In this document: in pieces, positions 13,801 to 25,800 of the stretch | How positions within the stretch are numbered: position 1 is the first letter of the stretch | How the letters are laid out: each line of letters begins with the position of its first letter | DNA from: Okamejei kenojei | Lineage: Eukaryota | DNA: 64,000 nucleotides | Assembly: GCA_035221665.1 (NCBI GenBank) | Contig: CM069139.1 | Location: 68,014,001 to 68,078,000, forward strand | Direction of reading: 5' to 3' | Made by a program: the position numbers and the translations under genes | The notes under the pieces: generated by a model | The model's input: only the letters and a program-made list of their open reading frames with translations | Databases searched by the model: none | Told to the model about the DNA's origin: nothing

Positions 13801-16800
13801 TTTTAATTTTCCACAACTACCTAAAATGTGAATGATACTTACATGCTATGTAAGTGAAACAGCATCAACTAAGTTCTAGGTTGAGTCTGAAAAAGGATCT
13901 TGGTCATCTCTAACCAAACACAAGCACAGCTACCAATGAGAATGTAATTATCAGGCAAATCAATTAGCTTCCTAATGTAATTTTCACCGTGTGAGATTTA
14001 GGGTCGGATTTGGGGACATCCTCTCACTGTCCCAGCAGTACTGAGCAGCAAATCAGATTTATTTTTGGCTGATATCCCAGCTGACGTGTGGCACGTTTTA
14101 CATTGTAAGGCGAGCAAGATGGACAGTTGCTAATTTACATTTGGTTTTTGCTGCTTTATTGTCCTTCAAAATCTGCCTTGGTCACTGACATTTGTGAAGT
14201 AACGTTAATTGATATAGAACATATTCTGGAGTAAAATAATGGAGAACAAAATTTAATCTGGTAATGAAGAAAAACTTGAGTTATTTTAATCTTGCTGAAA
14301 ACACAGTATATAAATATAAAATTTACAACAGGAAGTGAGTTTCTTCAGCTTAACAGCTTAGAACTGATAAGTTACTGAATTCTCATCAAGTGTGTGTAAA
14401 TTGTTTAGTTTAAAATGTAGTAATCCTGCAGTCTTTTCTTATTGCAATCTTCAGATTTGGTCTGAACCGGCGATCTCCTGGGTCCGTTGACCGTCTGAGT
14501 TTTAATGAGGGCGGCAGTAGCGGTAAATCCACACCCATTTGGCAGAAAAGTGAGGATGGTAGCATGGAGAAAACCACAACAGGTTAGTATGACCTTGGCT
14601 ATGTGTTGGCTATTTTTAATTTTAACACTGTGTACCTTTTGTTTTGGTATTATTGAATTGTTTTGTATTAAATATGCCACATAAATTTAAGAACTGATTA
14701 TTTTAATATATGTATAATGGTGTTCTGAAATCCAATCTGATCTGAATTACTGAAATCAAAGTTCAGGTCTCTTAGATCCACTCTCCACAATTCCACAATT
14801 ACTATAATCATTGTTGACTATATAGTTGGTCTCAAATTTCTCTAGCTTAGTCACAAGGGAAAGCAGTAGAAAAACATTCAGCAATTCCTTAACTCACTAA
14901 CAGGGGAAAGGCAGATTGCAGAGACGCAAAAAAGTGAGCCGCAGTGACTCCCAGATGATGCGGGAGCAGCATACGTGGAAATTAGAGCCCTTGTTTTTAA
15001 CATGTTTTTCTTTTGTGCATCTTGGTCCATGCTTTCCAAGTCAACAAGCAATGGACATTTGACTCCAGCCTGTGTATTTTTTTCATAAAGCAAAAATATA
15101 TATAGGGCAGCACAATGGCATAGCGGTAGAGTTGCTGCTTTACAGCGCCAGAGATCTGGGTTCAATCTTGACTATGGGTGTTGTCTGTACGGAATTTGTA
15201 CATGTTCCCAGTGATCACTTGGGTTTTCACTGGGTGCTCCAATTTACTCCCACACTCAAAAACCGACAGGCTTGTAGGTTAATTGGCTTTGGTACAATTG
15301 TAAATTGTCCCTAGTGTGTAGGATAATTCTAGTGTATGGGGATTGCTGGTCAGCGCGGACTCAATGTGCCAAAGAGCTGTATCTCTAAAGTCTAAATATT
15401 AGAAGTACCCATCAGGCATATTGGCTTTAGGGATGAGAAAAAAAGTTTTATGATCATTGGTGCCGACAGATGATTGCTTAGTTTGTCTGTGTACGGTCTC
15501 GCCAGAAAAGGGAAAGAACGGAGTAAATAATCGTCTGGAAATCATAATGAGGCAGATCGCACTGATATAGTTAATGGTTCTGAAGAGAACTGCCGCCTAA
15601 CAGCATCACATGCATTAAGGTGTTCTAGACTTCGGTGCCTTTGCTCTGCAGTGCAGATGTACATAACAGGTTGATGGTTAGGTTCCAAGTTTGCCTGACC
15701 TACTGTTCTATCCTTGGACTTGCCATCAAGTCCTTAACTCCCTGAACTCAAAGGACACGTATGCTGTATCTGCTCCCTCAGCTTATGCCACCTGGAGCCA
15801 TAGCATCGAATGCAGTCTCATTTGTTTGATTGGTGTCATTGATCTTTATTAGAATGGTGTGGTTTTTTTTAACAATTAATTCATGCCAGCTAAATGACTT
15901 TAACGGAATTTATTAATATTTAATGTTACTCTAATGATTTTTATTTGTTAATTATTTAAATGCTTTTTATTTTGACTTGGATCATTAGAGATATTCAGAA
16001 ACACTGGAGAAAGCCTTACAATCATTGTCACATATTCATTTGTCACATATGCAATTGCACAGTGAAATAATTTTTGCATATATGACACATGCAGGCGCCA
16101 CAATGTTTTGGCACCATTTCTGCTGAAAGAGTATGTTGAAAGCGCTCTCACAATTAATGACCTCCTCTGAAAAGAACAACGTAAATTACTCCAATATCAC
16201 TGACTTGTCACAGATCCATGGTGCCTCTTTTTAATCAGTGCATACATGTTAATTATTCACCAAAAGCATTTTTCTGACTCTCAATATTTGGGTTCATGCT
16301 TTGAGGTGAATATAACCACATAGTTGCTAATCCGACCAGAATAGGCTGCTCACTTGTGATAGGACTCAGAAAATTGTATTTTTGTTGCCTTAGGCAGCTT
16401 TCTCTTCCCTGCAGATCTGCAGCAATCGCGCACCGAGTTACGTTACAAGCTATAATTATGGAAATTGGTAGGATGTTGCTTGACAATGGAACACATGGCA
16501 ATGTTGATTGCTATTGAAACCCTAGTATGCAATGTGCTTAATATTTGCATGTCTTCTGCCTTTTGACAAATGCAGTTTTACTGTTTCAGGAAAATCTATA
16601 AATTAATTGAGAGTGAGAACAAGATTATTTTTAGTTAAACTCTGTTTCTCTAACCAGTAATAAAAGGGCTACTTATCATCAACTTTCCTGTTCAAAGTGA
16701 AGTGTTTGGCTGAGTGGTGGACAGTTTGTGGTGAGTCTGAGCAATGGGAGAGGATAGGGCCGAGGAGCGGGAGAGGCCGGGAATGGGACTCCAAGGAGTA

Positions 16801-19800
16801 GGAGTGCCAGGGAAGGTACCCAAAATGCAGGAGAGGCCGAACTATGGTATAAGACCTGCAAGATCAGAGTTGGCATGATTTTGCTTTGTGATGGGAGGAG
16901 CTGGATTGCCTCCAGTTACTGGGTCACCTTTGGGCTTTGATGTGCTGTCTCCTCCCTTCCCACCTCTCCCTCAGCCCTCGGGCCCTGGCATTCCCTCTAT
17001 CTCTATCTCCCTCCCCCACCCCAGTGCTTACAAGATCACCGATACTTTTTTGCATTGTTCCTTATCTCTCCACATCACCGTCTATATCTCTGTTTCCCTG
17101 ATCCCTGACCAGTCCCCCCCCCCCCTCCCCCTCCCCCAGCTTTTTGTGTAACACTGGGTCACCTTTGTTGTCTGCCTTGGCAACTGAACTGGAATCCCAT
17201 CAGTGGTTTTGACCCATGGACCAGAGGTTCCACAGGGTACTTATCATGTACGAGCCTCTGAATTGAACTGTGTCTGGGCTGGAAATGGCTCGTTAGTACA
17301 CACCTGTGCCCAGCCATGGGCAAATTGTCCCACTTATGCTATTGTCATGCTCACCCTTCAGCAGACTGCTTAACAATTTCCGTATGACCCGTCTGCAGAA
17401 TGCTTCATATCAGGTGTCAGGTCAAGATTCCAGACACACAGATTCTGCCCCAGTGCATACATGTTAATTATTCACCAATTACCAACTCCCCTTCTGCATA
17501 TCGCTGAACGAATCACCGATCAGCTGGGGAGAACATGTCAGAAGAATATCTGATGACAGAATACAAAGCAGCAAATTTAAGGAGAGCTGACAAATCATAT
17601 AGTGTATAGAAAAAGAGCTTCAAAGCCTCTCTGAGAACAACCCTGAAGAGTATCAGCAATGACATACACCACTGCAAACAACCAGCCTTGGATCGTTCTG
17701 TTTGGCGTGCCCTGGGTGGTGTGACTGGTAGAGTTGCTGCCTCAGAGCACCAGAGACCTGGATTAGATCCTGACCTCGGGTGCTGTCTGTGTGGAGTGTG
17801 CACGTTCTCCATGTGCCTACGCGGGATTCCTCCGAGCGCTCTGGTTTCCTCCCACATCCGAAAGATGTGCGGGTTTGTGGGTTAATTGGCATCTGGTGCA
17901 GGGAGTGGGTGTGAAATTGGGATAATATAGAACTAGTGTGAACAAGTGATTAAAGTCAGTGAGCACCCTGCCAAGGGCTTGTTTCCATGCTGTATTTCTA
18001 AACTAAACTAAACTTGAAAAGAGTGGTGCTCATTCCTATGAAGTAGTAAGAATGGAAGAAGCAAAAAGGAAAAGAGAGAATCTTGAAAATCAACAATCAG
18101 TGATGCTAAAGCATCCCTGCACCTCTGACCCAGAACTTTAGAGCCTAGATTGGTCGAATGAACCATCTCCATACACAATGCAACATTATAAACCAGGTGG
18201 CAAGAATGTTACTCAATTTACTCAAGAACGTGAATGGCTTGATTGTAATCATGTATTGTTTTTCCGCTGACTGGAACAAAAGCTTCGACGCAACAAAAAC
18301 TTTTCACTGTACGTTGGTACACATGACAATAAACTAAACTGAACTGAGAACGAGTCAGAAAACACAACCTGCAGCGACTTCTTATTATCTGATAGTATAG
18401 TGCTGTGCTATTATCGGGTAGCACAGCAGTCCTTATCTCTGGTGCTGCTTGTGGAGCTTGTGTTCTCTATGCGAATTTCTTCCGGGCACTCCAATTTCCT
18501 CCCACTTCCCAACAAATGAAGGGCAGTAGGTTAATTGGTCATTCTAAATTGCAACTTGTGTAATTGAGTTGTAGAATCTGGGGAGAGTTGATAGGAATGT
18601 GAGAAGAATAAAATGGGCTTAATTAGGATTGGTATAAATGCATGCTTGATTGCCGCCACAGTCTCAGGAGGCTAAAGGTCCTATTTCCATGCTGTATTAT
18701 TCTAAATATAGGCCATTGGTATAAGTATTGAAGTGAAAATGCAACTCGGCATTGAGTGCCTGAACAGACCAGCGTCCTGAACTCATTCCAAATATTTGAA
18801 AGGTCTTCTATTGCCAAAAAAGCTTTGTCCTTATTTCCATATTAAACAAGTTTCTGGTTACATGCAGCGTTCTCGTGTTCCTTTTCTTTCCATTCTCTTT
18901 TCTCTGACCCACCATCTGTTCTGTCTGCAAAAACCTCTCATTATCATGTGCATCAAATTGCAGTGCATTTGACAGGATAGAGTTTAGCTCTGAAGATTCA
19001 TGGTAATTGTGATGACAGTAATGGATGTAGGACCTCCTATCCCCCCTGCTGTATATCCGTAGCCAGCGAAGTTGCTCCGCAACACTCGGCAACTAGCGAC
19101 ACACGTTTATTATTTAAGTTGTGCTCAACAACAGAGGACTTGAGAAAACTCAAAATGTCACCGATTAGCTTGTGCTGATGGCACTCTGCTCCAAAATAAT
19201 ATTTATACGCCAGCCTTAGTTTTTTTTTAAAGGACTGACTATTATTATCATCCACAGCTGAGCAACAGAGTTTCGTAATTAACTTGACTCAGTCTTTATA
19301 GCCCAGTCTGTAAATGTGAATTATGAGTCTTCCAATATGGTTGCTTAAAGTGTGTCATTACAATAGGTAATTCAAATGCCAATACGAGCATCCCATGGTT
19401 TGAATCCAAGAGATAGCAAGGCATTTTGAATGAAAGAAAGTGGAGGATAATTCATCTCTGATCACAGGAGCAAACAGTGTATAAGTGTATCAGCTGGTGC
19501 TTGTATTTATCTTTGCACAGTCAGTTCCATCTAAGTGAATGGATTTGAATTCTGAAGACAGAATGCAGCATGCAGCTTTGAATTAAATCATCTTATTCAG
19601 AGATGCCCGCTGGGAAAGAATTTCTAGCTAGTGGCGTTTTAATATTTCAGATCCATGTACAATGATTTTATAACTGTTCCAGAGCTGATATTGTGAACGT
19701 TCTGTTGACACTTTTTACATTGGTGTTGAGATTATTCTGTTACAGAACTCATGATAGTACCTGTGTATAACTTCCCAACAATGATGACCCCATAAATCTT

Positions 19801-22800
19801 GGGTGAAAAAAAGCTGAACTCCCAAAATGTAATGCATTTGATTCCAAGCCCAGTACTTGATAGCTGTCCCTGTTTGGGAAATGTGCTTTTCTGTAGTCAT
19901 GGGATGATTAAAATACCAATTCGTAAGCCCCCCCATCTAAAGTGCAGTTTGTAGTACCTAGGGGCTTCGTTATGGTGACCCATTTGTTTCTGCCAGATCA
20001 GAATGGTTGCCGTTGCACTTTTAGTGTTGATAATGGCAAAATGTGCCACAAAAAGCAGGCTATTACTTATTGTTTCTCACTGTGCATTTAGTCTGTTTTG
20101 CTTCCTGAAGTTTGGTGTCTTAAATGAAGCCAGATATTCACACTCTGTGATTTTTGAACTCGGTTTTCATTCTTTTCTTTGGGGCTCTGCCAAGGCTTCC
20201 AATTTTGGTGATGCCCCCTGCTTGCACTGTACACCCCTCCCCTTGTACTTCTCTGCAATCACCGTCAAGCACCAGAACTGAGCAGTGCAATTTGGTACAG
20301 TCACCTCGCGTTGTACACGGGGGTTACATTGCTGAAAAGCAGTGTGTAATTCAAAAACTGGTAAATTAAACATGCGGATATGTAAAAAGCAAGTTGCCTG
20401 TATTTCCACATGAGCTAAGGGCAATTGGCTGTTGGAATGGCTTCAGTTTATCAGACTAGATCACTTTGCACCCCACCTCACTCTCTGCTCCGTTGCAACC
20501 TCACGTGTGCCTCTTGGTGAGCCTACTGAAAGAAATGCTGCCTGAGAGCAGAGGCCTGATCCTGTAGCAGATTCTGTGTTACATGATGATTGTTAGTATG
20601 CTGGGAGTAGGGGGGTGGTCAAGTAAAAGTCCCTCGTGTGTGATGCTGATGTGGTGTCCATTGTTTTACAGGAAACCTGTGGTGAAGTCCCTCAATGTCA
20701 TTGGTGTTTCAGTGGTAATGACAGGGGAGGAAGTATGAATATGAAATATTAAAAAAATAAGAAACATTTAATCATTTGTACCAGCTAACAGGAAATTAAG
20801 TTAAATGGTTAATGAGGCAGCATGTTCCTCTCTGATCCGAGGCAGTATTGGTTCAGGTTTGACTTTGAGTCCTTGATCAAGTTAGGCTTCCTCTGACAAG
20901 GAATGATGTGCGCTGATTGGCTGGACTATCAAAATAGTTCTTACGTTAATTCTGCAGCTCCAAAATATTATTCATTTCATAATTTGCTATCTGTTGCTTT
21001 TATCTTGTCATTTTGTGGTGCCCCAAATTGTTATCTTGTTGAGCAATAGAATATATGCATTCATCACTGCATTTAAATATTCTACTGCAAACATGTTTTT
21101 GGAACTATAATGTTTGGTAAAGAGGTTAAAATGTCATTGTTGTGCTTTGTACCTTCTTTTCATTCTGGGACATGGCAAACACTCCATGCAAATAGACTGC
21201 TATATGCATTTTCAAAAGATTTAATTAGTTACAACATCTGAAATTATAATTGCTGCTGTTTCTTGGACCACAACAGTCACCAGTTTCTACATGAATGTAA
21301 AATACTCTGTATTACTTTCAAAGTAGGGATTACAGCTCTTTCCGCTTTCATGCTATGCCAGTTTGTAGTCTAATTAATGTTGGGACTGTTTATAAATAAC
21401 ACTTAATCAGTGGAGGAAAAATCCTCTGCTGTTTTATAAAGGTGTTGAAATATCTTTCAGAGCCAACCTGGCACATTCCATCGGTGTCGAAGGTAACATC
21501 TGCACTCAGAGATAGCCCCAGTGGGAGGTTGGTGCGACAGGAAGTCGTGGACCATGTTTCTCCCGTCAAACATGGACAGGTAAACAAGTTAAAACCTATT
21601 ATATGCCAGCGTTACATCTGCTCCAGCTTACTAGGAGTGATCTTCAACCCTTCACACCCTACTCCCTTCCCTCACCATTCTCCTCCTCATCCTTGTTAGT
21701 GATCTTTATGAGTGGAATAAAGTGCGAGCACCTGCCATATTTATAGCTGACTTGCAACTCTCAACAGATGTGAAATTAGTGAAAGCTTTACTGTGGTTTT
21801 CAGGTTAACATGTTCATTTTGACATTTGACATTACATTAAACTTGCCAAACAGCTTCTTTGGAGTTCTTGAAATTGAACATTTGGTTCCATATAACTTAT
21901 AAATCTCAGTGCGCCAAACACTTGCGTGTTTTTACTGCTGGTCCTCACCACTAACATAATTTGCGTTACTGCTGGAGCCAGAAACCTCTGCTCAGATTCT
22001 GCCACATTCTTTGTCATGCCATTATGTTTAGTGGGGAGTGAGAAACGCTGAGAGGGGAAATGCACATATGGATTAGTGAGAAACGCTGGAGAAACTCAGC
22101 GGGTGCAGCAGCATCTAAGGAGCATAGGCGACGTTTCGGGTCGAGATCAGTTGGAAAATACCTTATGGAGATACATTTCCCTTTGGAAGAAAGGCGAGAG
22201 GGGGAAATAAAGCTGAAGGACAGAATTTCAAAGACCAGGTTATCATAAAGAGGGCAGCAGTAGTTGGGAAATGGTCATCTCAAAGAATTTGAAACTGTGG
22301 ACTAGATCTTACCTAGGGTGGCACAGTGGCACAATGTTAGAGTTCCTGCCTTACAGCACCAGGTACCCGGTTCAATCCTGATGATGGGTGCTGTCTATAT
22401 GGAGTTTGTACGTTCTGCCCGTTACCTAATAGGTTTTCTTCAGGTGCTCTTGTTTCCTCCCACACTCCAAAAACGTACAGGTTTCTAGGTTAATTGGCTT
22501 CGGTAAAAAAAATGTCCCTATTGTGTAGGATAGTGTTAATGTACGGGGATCGCTGATGGGCATGGACATGGTGGGCCAAAGGGCCTGTTTGTGCAGTGTA
22601 TCTCTAAACTCAAATAAACTAAACACACAGCTGAAAGATTGCAATCCATAAAGTGCGAAGAGAAAAAAAAATTACCATTTTCAAACATTGCTTACAAAGT
22701 TCACAAAGTTTACAAAGATCTTCAAACTTACAAAAGGGTCGAGGAAAACAAAACAGAGGAATGCAAAGACACATGAGGCATAATGCCCATAAATGGGGAA

Positions 22801-25800
22801 AAAATATAAATGGGTTAGGATGCTCTTCGCTGGATTAAATACATTGAAATTATACATGTTATTGCTTTCAGATTTTGTCTCACCTTCCCTCTTTCTATCC
22901 CATCCCAATAAAATGCATGGCATAAAGAAAGCTGGGCAGCTACATTTTCTTTGCACACATCAGCAGCACAAAATGTTGTGCTGGGACGCATCCTCAGTGA
23001 TGTGACCTGGGGTCATCGGGTGTTTCAGGTCTCACAACATCAGACATCCTCGCCCAGGCGACCCAGCCGGGGTTAATCAGGCCCTGACTTGCGTCCCAGC
23101 AGCAACCGCCCACGGATCAGCACTCTTAATCCAAAACCACCTAGTGGCTTTCTCTGCGGCTTCGCTTGCGGATTGAATGGCCCTCTTCTTTGCCAGCCCC
23201 TTAATGCCCAACTGGTTGAGGACTTTGCAGAGTGAGCGTCCTGCAAAGCCTCTACAGCCCACCTCTATGGGTTCATAGTATGTCTTCCAGCTGCTGTCCT
23301 GGCACATCTCCACCAGTTCCTGGTACTTTGTTCGTTTCCTCTCATTAGCCTCTTCAATACGCTCTTCCCAGGACACTGTCAGCTCCAGAATGATCAGCTG
23401 TTTTGTCACTTCGGAGGTGATGATCATGTCTGGCCGGAGTGATGTTGCTGTGATGTGCTGTGGAAATATCAGCTATTTGAGAAATGTTCAAGTGTTTGAG
23501 AAATGAAGTGAAGGCTTTTACTGAGTCATCCTCCATTGCTTGTACTGCTCAATAAAAATTGATGTTTTCACATGGCAAGGTAGCAATCATGAATCAGTTA
23601 TTATTAGTACTTCTTTGAGGCAAGTTACTTCCAGAACATTTGCTTATCACATTGACTTTGTTTAAACTTGTGTCACAATCCAGTATTGCTCACAAAGTAA
23701 TGACTCAACAAAACCATTCTGAGGCTCCAAGTTCAATGTTCAACACAGAGCATCCCACAATGTTACCTTGTATGGAAACCACTGTGCTTGAGGCTTATTG
23801 ACTTGTATGGATCAGTTAACCCCACCTCAAATGCACTGTGGTTTTCGGTATCACCTCAAGCAAGTCTTGGGAATTATGTTTTAAATTAATCTTTATTTGA
23901 GGGTTTCTTTGTACTGGTTGGGCATTCACTGAATGTATTAATACATTAATTTCAATATTGAGGTCACCAATGTATTTTACCATCAGTAACTACTTGCCAA
24001 TTTCTTAGCTAACCTAATATCTTACTTTTAAGAATGCATTCACAAATCAATTTGTAGATGATATATTTTCATTTTGCTGTCATTTTGCATTCTACTATTG
24101 AAACTGTTGAAATGGTTCAGTCTTGATCAATGATGCTTCACTGTTTCCTTCCCCATTTTCCAGTGTGATAATCCATATTCAAGTCATTCAAGCAGCAACA
24201 CACTTTCCAGCAATGCTTCAAGTGCTCACAGTGATGAAAAATGGTATGACACAGGGGACCGGACGGAGTCTGAACTAAATGGTTATAACTACATCCAGGG
24301 CACGTCTGCAGACAGCGGCATTGATACAGCCTCTTACGGACCATGTCATGGCAGCATGTTATCCGCGGGTACCTCAGCTGCTGCAACAAATTCTTTGAGG
24401 TCTGCACCACCAAAAGAAAAAGGAGCTTCCCCTTGGCCCGGTTCAAATGACAGCGGCATGCATTGCAGCCGATTAGGAGATCGGAGCTCCCTCAATTACG
24501 AGAGGAGAGGGGCACTCTCACCAGCGCCAAGTACAGAAAGTCAAAGTAGATGTTATGGAGGCTTGGTCCACAGTACTTCAAGTGCATCAGCTCAAGAAAG
24601 CAGAACATACAGTCTGAGTGATACTTCCTCTCAGTCAAGGTAATTAATTTATTTTTGCCTCCTTTGTGAATGTATGTTTTCTCCAAGTTTGTACCAGCTT
24701 CCCATCCATCATTGGAAGGTAGTCTTGGTGATAACTCCTCAGGTTGAAGTTGGGGTGAGCATTCTGTTCTTTCCTCAGCTACGGGAAGCACACTTGCCAG
24801 CATAACCTGAGCTGAAGGCACTGTGCCTGGTCTGGCTCTTTCCAAAGTGTGAACCTATGTTTAAGTTCCTTGACGACAGATTGTGAGAGAATAACTCAAA
24901 ATTAGAATATTTCTGCAACACTTGCTAAAATACTGTGGCAATAATGTAGTTGGAAGTGAGTAAGATAAATCTGTTTCCATTCTGGGAATTTCACCATTAT
25001 TGATATTCCCAGTGATTGATATTCCATTGATGCCTTTGCTTGCCACCAAGGGAAATAATTAAGTTATTGGAGCATATTTTGGCCATTCAGCCCATCAGGT
25101 CTACTCTGTCATTCAATCATGGCTGATTTATCTTTTTCCCTCCATTCTTGTGCCTTCTCCCCATAACCCCTGATTCTCGTACTAATCAAGAAATCTGTCA
25201 ACCTCAGCCGTAAACATAACCATTGGCCTCCACAGCGTCTGTGGCAAAATAAGCGTGAGAGTAACCGTAGAGCATATGAACAATAATGGGATTGATATTC
25301 ACTTTATGGCAGAGGGTTTATGTGCCACATAATAGTTTATAGAAAGCCATCGCCATTGCTGCTTACGATACCTTTATGCATGGCCCATTCATCAGTGATG
25401 TCAACAGGCATGCAACACACCTTTGTCATTTGCCATTGACCATCATGGCACTCTGTTGTGTGTGCACAAGAAAGACACACTGTTGACCTTCAAGGAGCCT
25501 TGTGAGAGTGAGAAACTTCTCAATTAACTAAGTGGCCTACTTGAGCAGTACCATTCTCTTCTGCACCGTGTAATCTACAAACTACTGCAAGAGTTACATA
25601 GGCCAGTAGTTTTATTCCCCTGAGAAACTACCCAAGGTATCCTATTTAGAAACAGTAAATACCTGAAAGCTTGTATGTGATACACACTTTGCATTTCTCA
25701 TCAACTGATGATTCTTCATTGTAGTTGGTATCCTGTCCAGGTGATCAGATGGTTTCAGTTGTAATCAGTTTTTATGAATGCATTTGTGAGAACCATCTTA

